A stretch of 63,897 nt of DNA from a virus (lineage: Duplodnaviria > Caudoviricetes), in IMG/VR virus record IMGVR_UViG_3300046782_000223, positions 1-63,897 of that record. One strand, written 5' to 3'. The notes under the pieces were generated by a model that worked only from the letters and a program-made list of their open reading frames with translations, did no database searches and was not told the DNA's origin. How positions within the stretch are numbered: position 1 is the first letter of the stretch; every line of letters begins with the position of its first letter. Shown here piece by piece: positions 42,487 to 52,819 of the stretch. Position numbers and translations under genes: made by a program.

Positions 42487-42515
42487 TTGACCCCCAAATC
42501 CCTCCCGGCTATCCA
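42487..42515 (+). promoter_or_regulatory. Candidate rightward promoter for the structural arm
   Basis: TTGACC-N17-TATCCA. Confidence 0.35.
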
Positions 42516-42670
42516 GATCAAACGCCCTGCGCATCCCACCCCCGCCGCCACCGGAAACGGTGGCCTAAGAGGAGGGAGCCGAAGGTTCCGCAAGGAACTC
42601 CAAGCCGCGCAGGGCGTACCCGCCTTGCCCTCCCCCACAAATCGTCCGAAGCTCCTCGTCCATGCACAGC

Positions 42671-43192
42671 ATGGCCGACGTCCTCCAACCGCTGCTTCCG
42701 TGGACCCCCGCGCTCATGGCCCCACCGACCTCGTCCCCGACCCCTCCGATCGACGGCGACAGCCTCAGGGTCACCGAGGAGTACTCGGCCAGGAACGCGG
42801 CGCATCCGAAGGGCCGTGTCTCGCTTGAGGACATCGAGGCCGAGATCACCTGCGTCCACTACGTGAATGCCGGCGACGCGGTCGAGGACAGCGGCATGGA
42901 CCCGACGTCCTCCGAGCGCCGGCTCACCCTGGCCTTCCTCTCGCTGGCCAATGGCTTCTGCGTGGTCGGGAAGTCCGCCCCGATGGACCCGGCCAACTTC
43001 GACACCGCCAAGGGCCAGAGGTTCGCCTACGAGGACGGCGTCCGCCAAATCTGGCCGCTGATGGCCTACTCGCGCCTCGACCACGCCCCGCGCGATGCGC
43101 GCGACGACGACCCCGTCCATGTCGCCCTGGACGACGAGGACGACGAGGACGACGAGGACGAAGACCTGCGCGAGCCCGAGACAGGCGACTGA
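42671..43192 (+). CDS. Phage Gp49/66-family protein with acidic tail
   Basis: RV....IEA.I...LT...L.L.NGF.V.G.SA..DP.NFD..KG...A......IWPL.AY. Confidence 0.8.
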   Translation: MADVLQPLLPWTPALMAPPTSSPTPPIDGDSLRVTEEYSARNAAHPKGRVSLEDIEAEITCVHYVNAGDAVEDSGMDPTSSERRLTLAFLSLANGFCVVGKSAPMDPANFDTAKGQRFAYEDGVRQIWPLMAYSRLDHAPRDARDDDPVHVALDDEDDEDDEDEDLREPETGD

Positions 43193-43334
43193 GACCCCTT
43201 GAGACGCTAACGCCCATGGCTTAGATTAGCCCTGCGCGGTGAACGAGCGGAACGGCACAGCCCCCCCCGGCGCTTCGACCGAACGTACACCCGGACCCTG
43301 GCCGCCCCGGCGACCAGGGTCTATCTCTGCGGGC

Positions 43335-44018
43335 ATGAGCCAGCCCGCCATGGCCTTCAGCCCGATCCTCTACTTCGACCCGCAGATGGTCGCCGAGATC
43401 GCGCTTGGGGCCGAGCATCCCCACGACATCGCCGAGCGGTACGGCTACGACGCGGTCGCCTACGAGACGCTGGCCGCCCTGCACTGGTTCGGGGAGCTCG
43501 TGGCCAGGAAGCGCCAGGAGCTTGCCGACGACGGCGTCCTGTTCACCGCCAAGGCCGGCATGATGGCCGAGGCCCTCCTGACGCGGCTGTTCCAGCAGAG
43601 CATGGCCGGCTCGCTCGCCGCGCCGCTGATGGTGGAGACGGCGAAGCAACTCTCCGACATCGGCCGGCTCAAGCCGGCCAGCGCCGCGGCCGCGGCGTCC
43701 GCCGGCCCGCCCTTCCAGATCAACATTCAGGTCAACGGGACGGACGTCGTCCGGTCCCACGCCCCGCAGGAACTCGTCCCCGAGGTGGTGGCCGAGACCG
43801 TGATGACCCTGGACTTCGCCCCCCAGCTTCCGCCGCCGCCGGCCGCCCTGAAGGTGCCCGACTTCGACCTGCGGCCGTCGGCCCTGGTCGGCACCCCTGC
43901 GGCGGTCATGGCCGCCACAGCCTCGCCTCCGGCTGGACCATCACGGTCCCTCGACACGCAGCCGGGGGCGAGTGTTGGCACGCCGATCGGCCTTCCCACG
44001 ACGCGTCCCCAGGTCTAG
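43335..44018 (+). CDS. terS: Putative terminase small subunit
   Basis: N-terminal HTH-like segment, helical core and F.INI C-strand; upstream of terL. Confidence 0.6.
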   Translation: MSQPAMAFSPILYFDPQMVAEIALGAEHPHDIAERYGYDAVAYETLAALHWFGELVARKRQELADDGVLFTAKAGMMAEALLTRLFQQSMAGSLAAPLMVETAKQLSDIGRLKPASAAAAASAGPPFQINIQVNGTDVVRSHAPQELVPEVVAETVMTLDFAPQLPPPPAALKVPDFDLRPSALVGTPAAVMAATASPPAGPSRSLDTQPGASVGTPIGLPTTRPQV

Positions 44019-44091
44019 GGTCCCCGCCTCGGAAAGCCTTCCCCGACCCAGCGACTGCCCCAGGTGGCCTCTGGAAACCTAGGAGAACCGC

Positions 44092-44436
44092 ATGCCCGGC
44101 CTCAGCACCCAACTCCCCCCGCCCGGTCCCAAGCAGGTCATCGCCGCCGCCAAGGTCGGCGGGGGTGCGGCGACCGTCGCCACCGATCCCACCCTGATCA
44201 CCGCGCCGTTCGTGAAGGTCGCGGCCGTGGCCACAGCGGCCGACAGCGTCACCTTGCCGATCACCTTCGGCGGCGACACCATCCTCATCCAGAACCAGGG
44301 CGCGGCCTCGATGACCGTCTGGGGCTGGGGCGGCGCGACCATCAACGGCGCGGCCTCGCTGGCGCAAGCCAATGGCCTCGGCGCGCTCTACGTGGCGTCC
44401 ATGGAAGGGACGTGGACGCGCTTCCTCCAAGGCTGA
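44092..44436 (+). CDS. Hypothetical (possibly virion) beta-rich protein
   Basis: AGGAG SD; VATAADSV.LP...I.N.GA....V.....TING. Confidence 0.65.
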   Translation: MPGLSTQLPPPGPKQVIAAAKVGGGAATVATDPTLITAPFVKVAAVATAADSVTLPITFGGDTILIQNQGAASMTVWGWGGATINGAASLAQANGLGALYVASMEGTWTRFLQG

Positions 44437-44524
44437 CACGTCAGCCTTGACCTCTCGCTAAGAGGTGCGCCCAGCCGCGCAGCGGCTGGGCTTTGTTTCA
44501 GTCTTGTGGATAAGTCCGGTCGGC

Positions 44525-45943
44525 ATGACCGAGACCCTCGTCTATTCGCCGCCGCCCAGCGTGGCCGGGTTCTTCCTCGACGACAGGTTCATCGACCTGA
44601 TCGTCGGGCCGATCGGCAGCACCAAGACCACCGCGGCGATCATGAAGATCGCCTACCACGCCTCGCAGATGGCCCGCTGCCGCGACGGCGTCCGCCGCTC
44701 AAAGGCGGTGTGGGTCCGCAATACGCGTGAGCAGCTGAAAGATACGTCGATCCCAGACTTCCTGCGGTGGTTCCCGGATGGGCTGGCGGGGCAGTTTATT
44801 CGGACAGACCTGAAATTCATGCTGCGCTTCGGCAACGTGGAGTGCGAGGTTCTGTTTCGGGGACTTGATGACCAGAACGACGTTCGCCGCCTGCTCTCCC
44901 TGCAGACGTCGTTTGGCATCCTCGATGAATTCCGGGAGATCAATCAGGCGGTCTATGACGCCCTGCAGGGCCGGGTCGGCCGCTACCCATCGAAGCTCGA
45001 CAACGGCGTCGGGTGTGTCACCGATGACGGCCGCGAGAACAAACACATCTGGGGGTGCTCCAACCCGCCGGACATGGACAGCCATTGGGAGAAGCTCCTC
45101 TCCGATCCGCCGTCCAACGTCAGCGCCCACTTCCAGCCGAGCGGCCTCAGCGCCGAGGCCGACTGGCTAGAGTACCTGCCGCAGGACTACTACACCAACC
45201 TCGCCGAGGGGAAATCGCAGGACTGGATCGACGTCTACATCCACGCCAAGTTCGGGCGCACCCTGGCCGGCCTGCCCGTCTACCGCACCTTCAAGCCCGA
45301 CTTCCACATCGCCAAGGCCCCGCTCAATCCGATCAGGATCATCGACCGGCCGCTGATCATCGGCATGGACTTCGGCCTCAACCCAAGCTGCACCATCAAC
45401 CAGATCGACCTGCGCGGGCGGTTCCTGACCTACGACGCGATGACCAGCGACAACATGGGCATCGAGCGGTTCATCGAGCAGCAGCTGAAGCCCAAGCTGG
45501 CGTCGAAGTATCCGGGGTTCTCGATCGTCATCGTCGGCGACCCGGCCGGCCAGCAGCGCGCCCAGACCAACGAGCGGACCTGCTTCGACATGCTGCGCCA
45601 AGCCCGGCTGCACGCCATCCCGGCGCGCACCAACAACATCGCAGCGCGCATCGCCGCGGTCGAGAAGCAGCTGAACCGGCAGATCGACGGCGGCCCCGCC
45701 CGGCTCCTCTGCCCCGAGGGGGCCAAGCCGCTGATCGCCGCCTACCGGGGCGGCTACCGCTACAAGCTGAAGAAGTCCGGCGACGCCGAGGACATCCCCG
45801 ACAAGGGCTCGCCCTACAGCCACATCGCCGACGCCGACCAGTACGCCGCCCTGCACGCCGACGCCGAGCAGGGGGGTAATCCCTGGACAGCGCGCCAGCA
45901 GGCGCGTCCGGTGCAGAAGGTCAACGCGCTCGGCTGGACGTGA
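44525..45943 (+). CDS. terL: Terminase large subunit
   Basis: Walker A GPIGSTKT; VRNT; Walker B ILDE; SNPP; nuclease GMDFG, GDPAG, SH.ADA. Confidence 0.93.
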   Translation: MTETLVYSPPPSVAGFFLDDRFIDLIVGPIGSTKTTAAIMKIAYHASQMARCRDGVRRSKAVWVRNTREQLKDTSIPDFLRWFPDGLAGQFIRTDLKFMLRFGNVECEVLFRGLDDQNDVRRLLSLQTSFGILDEFREINQAVYDALQGRVGRYPSKLDNGVGCVTDDGRENKHIWGCSNPPDMDSHWEKLLSDPPSNVSAHFQPSGLSAEADWLEYLPQDYYTNLAEGKSQDWIDVYIHAKFGRTLAGLPVYRTFKPDFHIAKAPLNPIRIIDRPLIIGMDFGLNPSCTINQIDLRGRFLTYDAMTSDNMGIERFIEQQLKPKLASKYPGFSIVIVGDPAGQQRAQTNERTCFDMLRQARLHAIPARTNNIAARIAAVEKQLNRQIDGGPARLLCPEGAKPLIAAYRGGYRYKLKKSGDAEDIPDKGSPYSHIADADQYAALHADAEQGGNPWTARQQARPVQKVNALGWT

Positions 45944-45955
45944 TAGGAGACCCGC

Positions 45956-48196
45956 ATGGCCGTCAGCCCGTCCCCCTATGGTCAGCCCGCCACCGTCGGT
46001 CCCCAGGTCGGCCTGCCGGCCACGGCGACCACCGCGCCGGCCCCCTCCAACGTCGTGGTCCTGCAGCACCCGGCCATGCGCGCCATGAGCCTGGGAGCCC
46101 TGCAACAGCGCGACGCCGATGCGCGGTCGGCCGCCGAGGACCGGCAGGCCCAGCCGCTGATCACCGGGCTGGCCGGCCACATCCACCACAAGTTCGTGCT
46201 GGCGCGCGATGCGCGGCGGTTCGCCGACGTCGAGCAGCGGATGATCGACAACATGCGGGCGCGCAGGTCGATCTACACGCCGCAGAAGCTGGCGGCCATC
46301 CGCACCGAGGGCGGGAGCGAGGTTTACGCGGGCGTCACCGGCCAGAAGTGCCGGGCGGCCTCGGCGTGGATCAGGGACGTGATGATGTCGACGGGCGAGG
46401 ATCGGCCGTGGTCGATCAAGCCGACCAAGGTCCCCGAGCTTCCGCCGGCGATCAACGACCTGATCGTCAAGCAGGCGATGATCCCGCTGAAGGACCAGCT
46501 GATGGCCGCGGCCGCCGGCCAGGGCGAGCCGCCGGACCCGATGTCGACGGTCCACATGATGTCGATGATGAAGGACCAAGCCCTGGAAGCCATCCGCCAG
46601 GAGGCCGACAAACGCTGCGGGCGCATGGCCGACAAGATGGAGGACCAGCTGACCGAGGGCGGGTTCCTCGACGCGATGGACGCCTTCATCAACGACCTGA
46701 CCACCTTCCCGACGGCCATCCTCAAGGGGCCGGTGATCCGCATGAAGCCGGTGCTGACCTGGGGGCCGGACAGCCAGCCGGTGGTGCAAATCAAGCTCGT
46801 GAAGGAGTGGGATCGGGTCGATCCGTTCAAATTCTACCCTTCCCCTGCGGCAACCTGCATCGACGACGGGGACACGATCGAGAAGCACCGGCTCTCACGA
46901 AAAGACCTGCAGGACCTCAAGGGCGTGCCCGGCTACGACGACGGGGCCATCGACATGGTCCTCGACAACTACGGGCGCAGCGGCCTGCTGAACTACATCT
47001 ACGACGACATGGACCACGACGACGCCGCCGGCCGGCCGCCGACCACGCTGGCCGCCAACCCCGACGGGCTGATCGACGCGCTGCAGTATTGGGGGTTCGT
47101 GCAGGGCCAGCTGCTGCTCGATTGGGGGATGACCCGGGCGCAAATTCCCCAGCCGATGAAGGAGTACATGATCGAGGGGTGGCTGGTCGGACCCTACGTC
47201 ATCAAGGCCATGCTCAACCCCGACCCGCTGGACCGGAAGCCCTACTATGCGACGTCGTTCGAGAAGGTGCCGGGGAGCTTCTGGGGCCACAGCGTCTGCG
47301 ACCTCGTGCGCGATCCGCAGGACATCTGCAACGCCGCGGCCCGGTCGATGATCAACAACGCGGCCCTGGCCTCAGGGCCGCAGGTTGGTATCCTAACGGA
47401 CCGCATCGCGCCCGGGGAGCAGATCACCCAGCTGAAGCCGTGGCGCATCTGGCAGCTGAACAGCGACCCGATGGGTGGGGCGTCGGCGGACCCGCCGATC
47501 CGGTTCTTCCAGCCGCAGTCGATCCTCGGCGACCTGATGCAGCTGTTCGACAAGTTCACCACCATGGCCGACGAGTACTCGGGCATCCCGCGCTACATGA
47601 CCGGCAACGCGGCGGCCGGGGGTGCTGGCCGCACCGCGAGCGGCATGTCGATGATGATCGGCAACGCCGGCAAGATCATCACCGCGGTGATCCAGAACAT
47701 CGACCTCAACATCATGGAGCCCCTCTTGGAGCGGCTCTACTATTTCAACATGCGCTACGAGACCGACCCGGAGCTCAAGGGCGACGTCTGCATCTCGGCC
47801 AAGGGTGCGAGCAACATCACCGCCAAGGAGAGCGCCCAGGTCCGCCGCAACGAGTTCCTGGCGACCACCGCCAACCCGATCGACATGCAGATCATGGGCA
47901 TCGAGGGCCGCGCCGCGGTGCTGCGCGAGACGGCCAAGACCCTGCAGATGGACACCGACAAGGTGGTGCCGGACACCGACGAACTTCGGCAGCGCATGCA
48001 GGCCAAGGCGGCGTTGGCCGCTCCCGACCCGAATGCCCCGCCAGGAGCCCCAGGCGGCCCGCCACCGGCCGGTGGCGGGCCGGCGGCAGGTGCGCCCGCC
48101 GGCGGCACACCGCCCGGTCCTGGGGCCACCCAGGGCAATGCGCAGCAGCTGATGGACGGGGCTCCGGTGACCGACACCTTCGGCCCCGGGCATTGA
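45956..48196 (+). CDS. Portal protein
   Basis: 746 aa directly after terL; RVDPF.FYP, FWG, RTASGMSM motifs of podovirus-type portals. Confidence 0.88.
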   Translation: MAVSPSPYGQPATVGPQVGLPATATTAPAPSNVVVLQHPAMRAMSLGALQQRDADARSAAEDRQAQPLITGLAGHIHHKFVLARDARRFADVEQRMIDNMRARRSIYTPQKLAAIRTEGGSEVYAGVTGQKCRAASAWIRDVMMSTGEDRPWSIKPTKVPELPPAINDLIVKQAMIPLKDQLMAAAAGQGEPPDPMSTVHMMSMMKDQALEAIRQEADKRCGRMADKMEDQLTEGGFLDAMDAFINDLTTFPTAILKGPVIRMKPVLTWGPDSQPVVQIKLVKEWDRVDPFKFYPSPAATCIDDGDTIEKHRLSRKDLQDLKGVPGYDDGAIDMVLDNYGRSGLLNYIYDDMDHDDAAGRPPTTLAANPDGLIDALQYWGFVQGQLLLDWGMTRAQIPQPMKEYMIEGWLVGPYVIKAMLNPDPLDRKPYYATSFEKVPGSFWGHSVCDLVRDPQDICNAAARSMINNAALASGPQVGILTDRIAPGEQITQLKPWRIWQLNSDPMGGASADPPIRFFQPQSILGDLMQLFDKFTTMADEYSGIPRYMTGNAAAGGAGRTASGMSMMIGNAGKIITAVIQNIDLNIMEPLLERLYYFNMRYETDPELKGDVCISAKGASNITAKESAQVRRNEFLATTANPIDMQIMGIEGRAAVLRETAKTLQMDTDKVVPDTDELRQRMQAKAALAAPDPNAPPGAPGGPPPAGGGPAAGAPAGGTPPGPGATQGNAQQLMDGAPVTDTFGPGH

Positions 48197-48229
48197 CAAA
48201 TTGGGGACGCGCCACCAGCGTGCCGCCGG

Positions 48230-48481
48230 ATGCTGACGAAGCCCACCCCGGAAGCCCTCACCGCGCTCGCGCAGCTTGAGGAGACCCCGAGGTGGCGCGA
48301 CATCAACGCCATGCTTGAGGTCGAGATCGAGGCGGCGACGAAGCGACTGCTGGGCGCGCGTGACAACGCAGACGTCCACGAGCTTCGGGGCCGGGTGTCG
48401 ACCCTACGAGAATTCCGGCAGACCGTGCTCGATGCACGGGCTATGCTGGCCACAGTGGGACGAACAATCCCACTCGCATAG
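48230..48481 (+). CDS. Small conserved head-module protein
   Basis: Helical 83-aa ORF between portal and scaffold; L.GR motif. Confidence 0.65.
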   Translation: MLTKPTPEALTALAQLEETPRWRDINAMLEVEIEAATKRLLGARDNADVHELRGRVSTLREFRQTVLDARAMLATVGRTIPLA

Positions 48482-48534
48482 CTGACCAGAAGGACACCGG
48501 CTGAGGCCGACCCTAGATGCAGCTGGAGATGCGG

Positions 48535-49494
48535 ATGAGAGATCGAGTGCCCGAGGCCGTGAAGCGGCAAGCGGAAGCCATGGACGCCCTGGACGCGCAA
48601 CTCGCGCCACCCCAGGAGACCCCAGAGGACCCGCCCGCCCGCGAGCCGCCGGCAGAGCCACCGACGCCGCCACCGGCCGCGGAGGACTGGCAGCACAAGT
48701 TCCAGACCCTGCAGGGGAAGTACAACGCCGAGGTGCCGCAACTGCGGAACCAAGTCGACACACTCACCCGGCAGATCGAGGAGCTTCGCGCCGCCAAGCC
48801 CGCTGCGACACCGGAGACGCCGCCGACGCCGGACCTGCCTGCGGTGACCAAGCTGGTCACGGACGAGGACACCGAGACCTACGGAGACGACCTGATTGAC
48901 CTGATCCGCCGGGTGGCCGTGGAAACGGACGCGCGGGAGAAGGCCAAGCTGCAGGGCGAGCTCGCCGATATGCGCAAGCAGATGGCGGCCCAGGCGACAC
49001 AGGTTGAGACCGTCAGGGGAAACGTCGCGGACGAGCGGCGGGCAGCCTACTTCACCGCCTTGGCGAAGCTCTGCCCGACCTATGAGGAGACCGACGCGCG
49101 CCAGGACTTCAAGGACTGGCTGCTGCAGCTGGACGACTTCAGCGGGCTCGTACGCAACGACATCCTGCAAACCGCCTTCCACGCCTACGACGTGGACCGG
49201 ACGGCCAAGGTCTTCAACCAGTTCCTCGGGGCCACAGCACCTGCGCCCGCACCGCCGACGCCCACCCCCGCGCCCGTCGATCCGCAGGCCGAACTGTCCG
49301 AACTGGTGTCGCCGGGCCAAGCCCGCGCCGGCACGGTGTTCACGCCTGACGACGGCCAGAAGATTTGGGCCATTTCCGAGATGGACCAGTTCTACAAGGA
49401 CTTCGCCAGGGGGGAGTACCGCGGCCGGCTGGACGACGCGAAGCGCATCGAGGCGGACATCGACAAGGCTCTCGCTGAAGGACGCGTCCGCTAG
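48535..49494 (+). CDS. Capsid scaffolding protein
   Basis: W.HKF.TLQGKYNAEVP.L coiled coil; ends I.KA..EGRVR; precedes the capsid gene. Confidence 0.8.
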   Translation: MRDRVPEAVKRQAEAMDALDAQLAPPQETPEDPPAREPPAEPPTPPPAAEDWQHKFQTLQGKYNAEVPQLRNQVDTLTRQIEELRAAKPAATPETPPTPDLPAVTKLVTDEDTETYGDDLIDLIRRVAVETDAREKAKLQGELADMRKQMAAQATQVETVRGNVADERRAAYFTALAKLCPTYEETDARQDFKDWLLQLDDFSGLVRNDILQTAFHAYDVDRTAKVFNQFLGATAPAPAPPTPTPAPVDPQAELSELVSPGQARAGTVFTPDDGQKIWAISEMDQFYKDFARGEYRGRLDDAKRIEADIDKALAEGRVR

Positions 49495-49543
49495 GGCTGC
49501 GTCCGGGTGAGGGCTCGACCCTCACCCCCAGCGGGAGACGCAC

Positions 49544-50515
49544 ATGGCCCAGCAAGGCCCCGCAGTCCAACCTCCGTTCGCCACGACCCCGCCCTACTCG
49601 GGGACGTTCATTCCGCAGCTGTGGTCAGGCAAGCTGAACGTCAAGTTCTATGCCACCACGGTGTTCGGTGAGATCGCCAATACGTCCTACGAGGGCGAGA
49701 TCAAGGGGATGGGTGACACCATCACCATCAACAACATCCCGACGATCGCGATCTCCGACTACACCATCGGCCAGAACCTCAACTACCAAGTGCCGACCCC
49801 GAACAAGGTCGACCTGAACATCGACCAAGCGAAGTACTTCGGGGTCAACGTCTCCGACGTGCTGGAATATCAGGCCAAGCCGGCGCTGATGAGCATGTTC
49901 ACGGACGACGCGACGAAGCAGATGGCGATCACCATCGACCGCGCCATCCTGCTGGCCGAGTACAACAACGGCGCGGCCGCCAACAAGGGCATGACCGCCG
50001 GCGTCATCTCGCAGGCGATCCCGCTCGGGGCCGACGCGACCCCGATCGACCTCAGCACCACCCCCGACCAAATCCTCAAGACCATCCTGGGGATGGCCAC
50101 CTGCCTCGACGAGCAGAACGTGCCCGACACCGAGCGGTGGCTGGTGATCGACCCCGCCACCCGGCTGCGCCTGATGCAGTCGCCCCTGCAACAGGCTTAC
50201 CTGACCGGGGACGACAAGAGCATCCTGCGCAACGGCAAGCTCGGGGTCATCGACCGGTTCACCATCTACCTGTCGAACCAGCTGCCGAAGGCCGCGGCCG
50301 GCTTCAACCCGGACGGTTCGGCGAACGCCGGCGCGCTGCAGCGCCGCGTCCTCCTGGCCGGCCACTCCTCGGCGCTCACCTTCGCCGCCCAGATCACCAA
50401 GACCGAGAGCCTGCAGAACCCGAACGACTTCGGGCAGCTGGTCCGCGGCCTGAACGTCTACGGCAAGAAGATGATCAAGCCCGAGGCGTGGGTCACGGCG
50501 CTGGTCCAGAAGTAG
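49544..50515 (+). CDS. Major capsid protein
   Basis: FIP.LWSGKL...Y..T....I.NT.YEGEI...GDT..I; L.IDQAKYF; FG..VRGL.VYG.K. Confidence 0.92.
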   Translation: MAQQGPAVQPPFATTPPYSGTFIPQLWSGKLNVKFYATTVFGEIANTSYEGEIKGMGDTITINNIPTIAISDYTIGQNLNYQVPTPNKVDLNIDQAKYFGVNVSDVLEYQAKPALMSMFTDDATKQMAITIDRAILLAEYNNGAAANKGMTAGVISQAIPLGADATPIDLSTTPDQILKTILGMATCLDEQNVPDTERWLVIDPATRLRLMQSPLQQAYLTGDDKSILRNGKLGVIDRFTIYLSNQLPKAAAGFNPDGSANAGALQRRVLLAGHSSALTFAAQITKTESLQNPNDFGQLVRGLNVYGKKMIKPEAWVTALVQK

Positions 50516-50540
50516 GGTCGGTCCTCTGCTGGACAGGGAC

Positions 50541-50577
50541 GCCGGGCAGGCCGACAACGGCCCGGCGCTCTGTCTTG
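50541..50577 (+). terminator. Hairpin after the capsid gene
   Basis: gccgggc...gcccggc followed by a T-rich tail. Confidence 0.45.
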
Positions 50578-50587
50578 TGAGACCCCC

Positions 50588-51274
50588 ATGGCCGTCACCG
50601 CACAGACCATCCTTACCCGGGTCCGCACGCAGCTGATCGACGAACTGCCGACCCAGCGGTGGAGCGACGATGAGCTTCTCCGCTGGCTGTCTGACGGTCA
50701 GCGGACCCTGGTGGCGATGGACCCCTCGCTCGGCAACGTGACCGACGCCCAGCCGCTTGTGGCGGGCACCCAGCAGCATCTCCCGGACGGGGCGTTCTTC
50801 CTGCTCGACATCCAGCGGAACCTGGGGATGGACGGCCTGACCCCGGGACGCGTGATCACCGTGGTCTCCCGCGAGAACCTCGACCGGGTCGACCCCAACT
50901 GGCACGCGTCGCTCAGGTCGCAGGTGACGCTGCACTTCATCTACGACCCGAAGCAGCCGCTGATCTACTACGTCTACCCGCCCTCGATCGGGGGCAACTT
51001 CGTTGACCTCAGCCGCGCGATCAGCCCGCCCGACTTCACCGCGATGACGGACGTCATGTTCGTCGAGGACCTCTACCAGACGGCGCTGTTCGACTACGTG
51101 ATGTTCCGCGCTCACCAGAAGGACACCGACTACAGCGCCGGCAACGATAAGGCGCAGGCGTACCTCGGCCTGTTCCAAATCTTCGGCCAGACCCACGAGG
51201 CCGCGAAGCTGGACGTCAGCCCGAACAAGGAGCTTGGGCCGGCGACGCTCACCGACAAGGGAGCCGCCGCGTGA
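50588..51274 (+). CDS. Head-tail adaptor (DUF6682-like)
   Basis: I..RV..QL.D....RWS..ELL.WL.DGQ; YVYPP; DY..FRA..KD. Confidence 0.8.
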   Translation: MAVTAQTILTRVRTQLIDELPTQRWSDDELLRWLSDGQRTLVAMDPSLGNVTDAQPLVAGTQQHLPDGAFFLLDIQRNLGMDGLTPGRVITVVSRENLDRVDPNWHASLRSQVTLHFIYDPKQPLIYYVYPPSIGGNFVDLSRAISPPDFTAMTDVMFVEDLYQTALFDYVMFRAHQKDTDYSAGNDKAQAYLGLFQIFGQTHEAAKLDVSPNKELGPATLTDKGAAA

Positions 51275-51924
51275 CCGCGATCTTCGACCTCACTCCGCTG
51301 ATCATGCCCTTCGTGCGCGACTGCGCCACGCCGGCGGCGATCGTGGCCGCGCGCTTCGCCTGCATCGAGTTCTACAAGAACACGCTGTGGCAACAGGAGG
51401 AGCTTGAGCCGATCGACCTCGTGGCCGGGCAGGCCACCTATCCGGTCGACACCATGCCCAACACCGTGCCGTCGGCGGTGATGAGGGTGAAGATCGACGG
51501 GATCGCCAAGCCCTTGGAATTCGTCACCAAGGACAAGCTCGACCAGCTGTACCGCTATACGGACTGGACCACCCTGGTGGGCAACCCGCGCTACGTCACC
51601 CAGATCGTCACCGACCAGATCATCCTCGTGCCCGCGCCGGACGACGTCATCGCCCAGCCCAAGGCCATGAAGCTGCTGGTCGCCACCCAGCCGACGCCGG
51701 ACGCCGACGAGATCGACGACGAGGTGTTCAACTACTACGCCGAGCCCCTGGCCTATGGGGCTCGAGCCCGGCTCTACGAGACCGCCGGCCAGCCCTACTA
51801 CGACCCGGCCAGCGCGCCGTTCTGTTGGACCAAGTTCTACGCCGGGGTCAGCGAGGCCAAGGCGCGGCGGATGCGCGAGCACACGCGGGCTGTGCAGACC
51901 GTTCAGATGAGGCCGTGGGTATGA
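51271..51924 (+). CDS. Putative tail tubular/adaptor protein
   Basis: A.IEF...T..W; I.L.P.PD; GA.ARL...GQPY; position. Confidence 0.7.
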   Translation: MTAIFDLTPLIMPFVRDCATPAAIVAARFACIEFYKNTLWQQEELEPIDLVAGQATYPVDTMPNTVPSAVMRVKIDGIAKPLEFVTKDKLDQLYRYTDWTTLVGNPRYVTQIVTDQIILVPAPDDVIAQPKAMKLLVATQPTPDADEIDDEVFNYYAEPLAYGARARLYETAGQPYYDPASAPFCWTKFYAGVSEAKARRMREHTRAVQTVQMRPWV

Positions 51925-52313
51925 GCACGGCGCGCATCAAGCTGGTGGTCGGTGACACCCGCCCGCAGATTTATGTCCAGCTAAAACAGCCGGGCAATCC
52001 GCTCGACATCCCGCTCGACGTCTCGACCGCGCAGACCGTGCGCCTGAAGTTCAAGGTGTGGGGCGGGGACACGGTGCTGTTCACCTTGGAAGGTGAGCCG
52101 CAACCGGGGACCTTGGAGGCCGACCTGCAGACGCCGGACCTGACGCAGTACCCGGTCAAGGGCAGCGGCGGCCGCGTGATGTTTCCCTTCCTGCAGGGGC
52201 AGCTGGACATCGCGCCCGGCCGCTACCGCGGCGAGATCGAAGCCACCTTCGGACCCAACAACATTTTCACCGCCTTCGCGCCTTTGGAGTTTGAACTGCG
52301 TGAGGACTTCTGA
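51921..52313 (+). CDS. Virion protein, BppU-N-like fibre attachment domain
   Basis: IKLV.GDT.P...L; G.Y.GEIE.TF; F.LREDF. Confidence 0.65.
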   Translation: MSTARIKLVVGDTRPQIYVQLKQPGNPLDIPLDVSTAQTVRLKFKVWGGDTVLFTLEGEPQPGTLEADLQTPDLTQYPVKGSGGRVMFPFLQGQLDIAPGRYRGEIEATFGPNNIFTAFAPLEFELREDF

Positions 52314-52819
52314 TGTCGGACCGTGGGAGCGTCATCACCGCGGTCCGTGACGTCGCGCTGAAGTGGGACGCCTGGATCGACTACAAGGCACCCCCTCGGC
52401 ATGCTGACCAGCTTGTGGTCTTCGACGACTTCGTGCCGCAGGTGATCTACGACCGAACTGCCGATGATGCGGTGACGGTGACCGACACCATCAGCACGAT
52501 GCTGGTGTTCAACGCCGTCCTCGCCGACAGCGTGACCGTGGTTGACGCGCTCAGCAGGACAGCGATCTTCGGTCAGAGCTTCGCCGACAACGTCGCGATG
52601 GACGACAATCTGACGGCGGGGCTGGACCGCCTGCTGGCCTTGACCTTGTCGGACGCCATCGTGATGGCGGATGCACTTTCCGCTGCCGGCGGCCCCGTGC
52701 TTACGCTTGGTGATGTGGTGAGCATGAGTGACGCCGGGGTGGTCAACCACTATGACTACGCCGGGTTGGACTACTTCCTGACCCCGTTCGATTACGTCGG
52801 CGAGACGAGGGTCTTCTGA
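52313..52819 (+). CDS. Putative tail/virion protein with acidic D-x-V-x-x-x-D repeats
   Basis: Coupled in the tail operon. Confidence 0.65.
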   Translation: MSDRGSVITAVRDVALKWDAWIDYKAPPRHADQLVVFDDFVPQVIYDRTADDAVTVTDTISTMLVFNAVLADSVTVVDALSRTAIFGQSFADNVAMDDNLTAGLDRLLALTLSDAIVMADALSAAGGPVLTLGDVVSMSDAGVVNHYDYAGLDYFLTPFDYVGETRVF

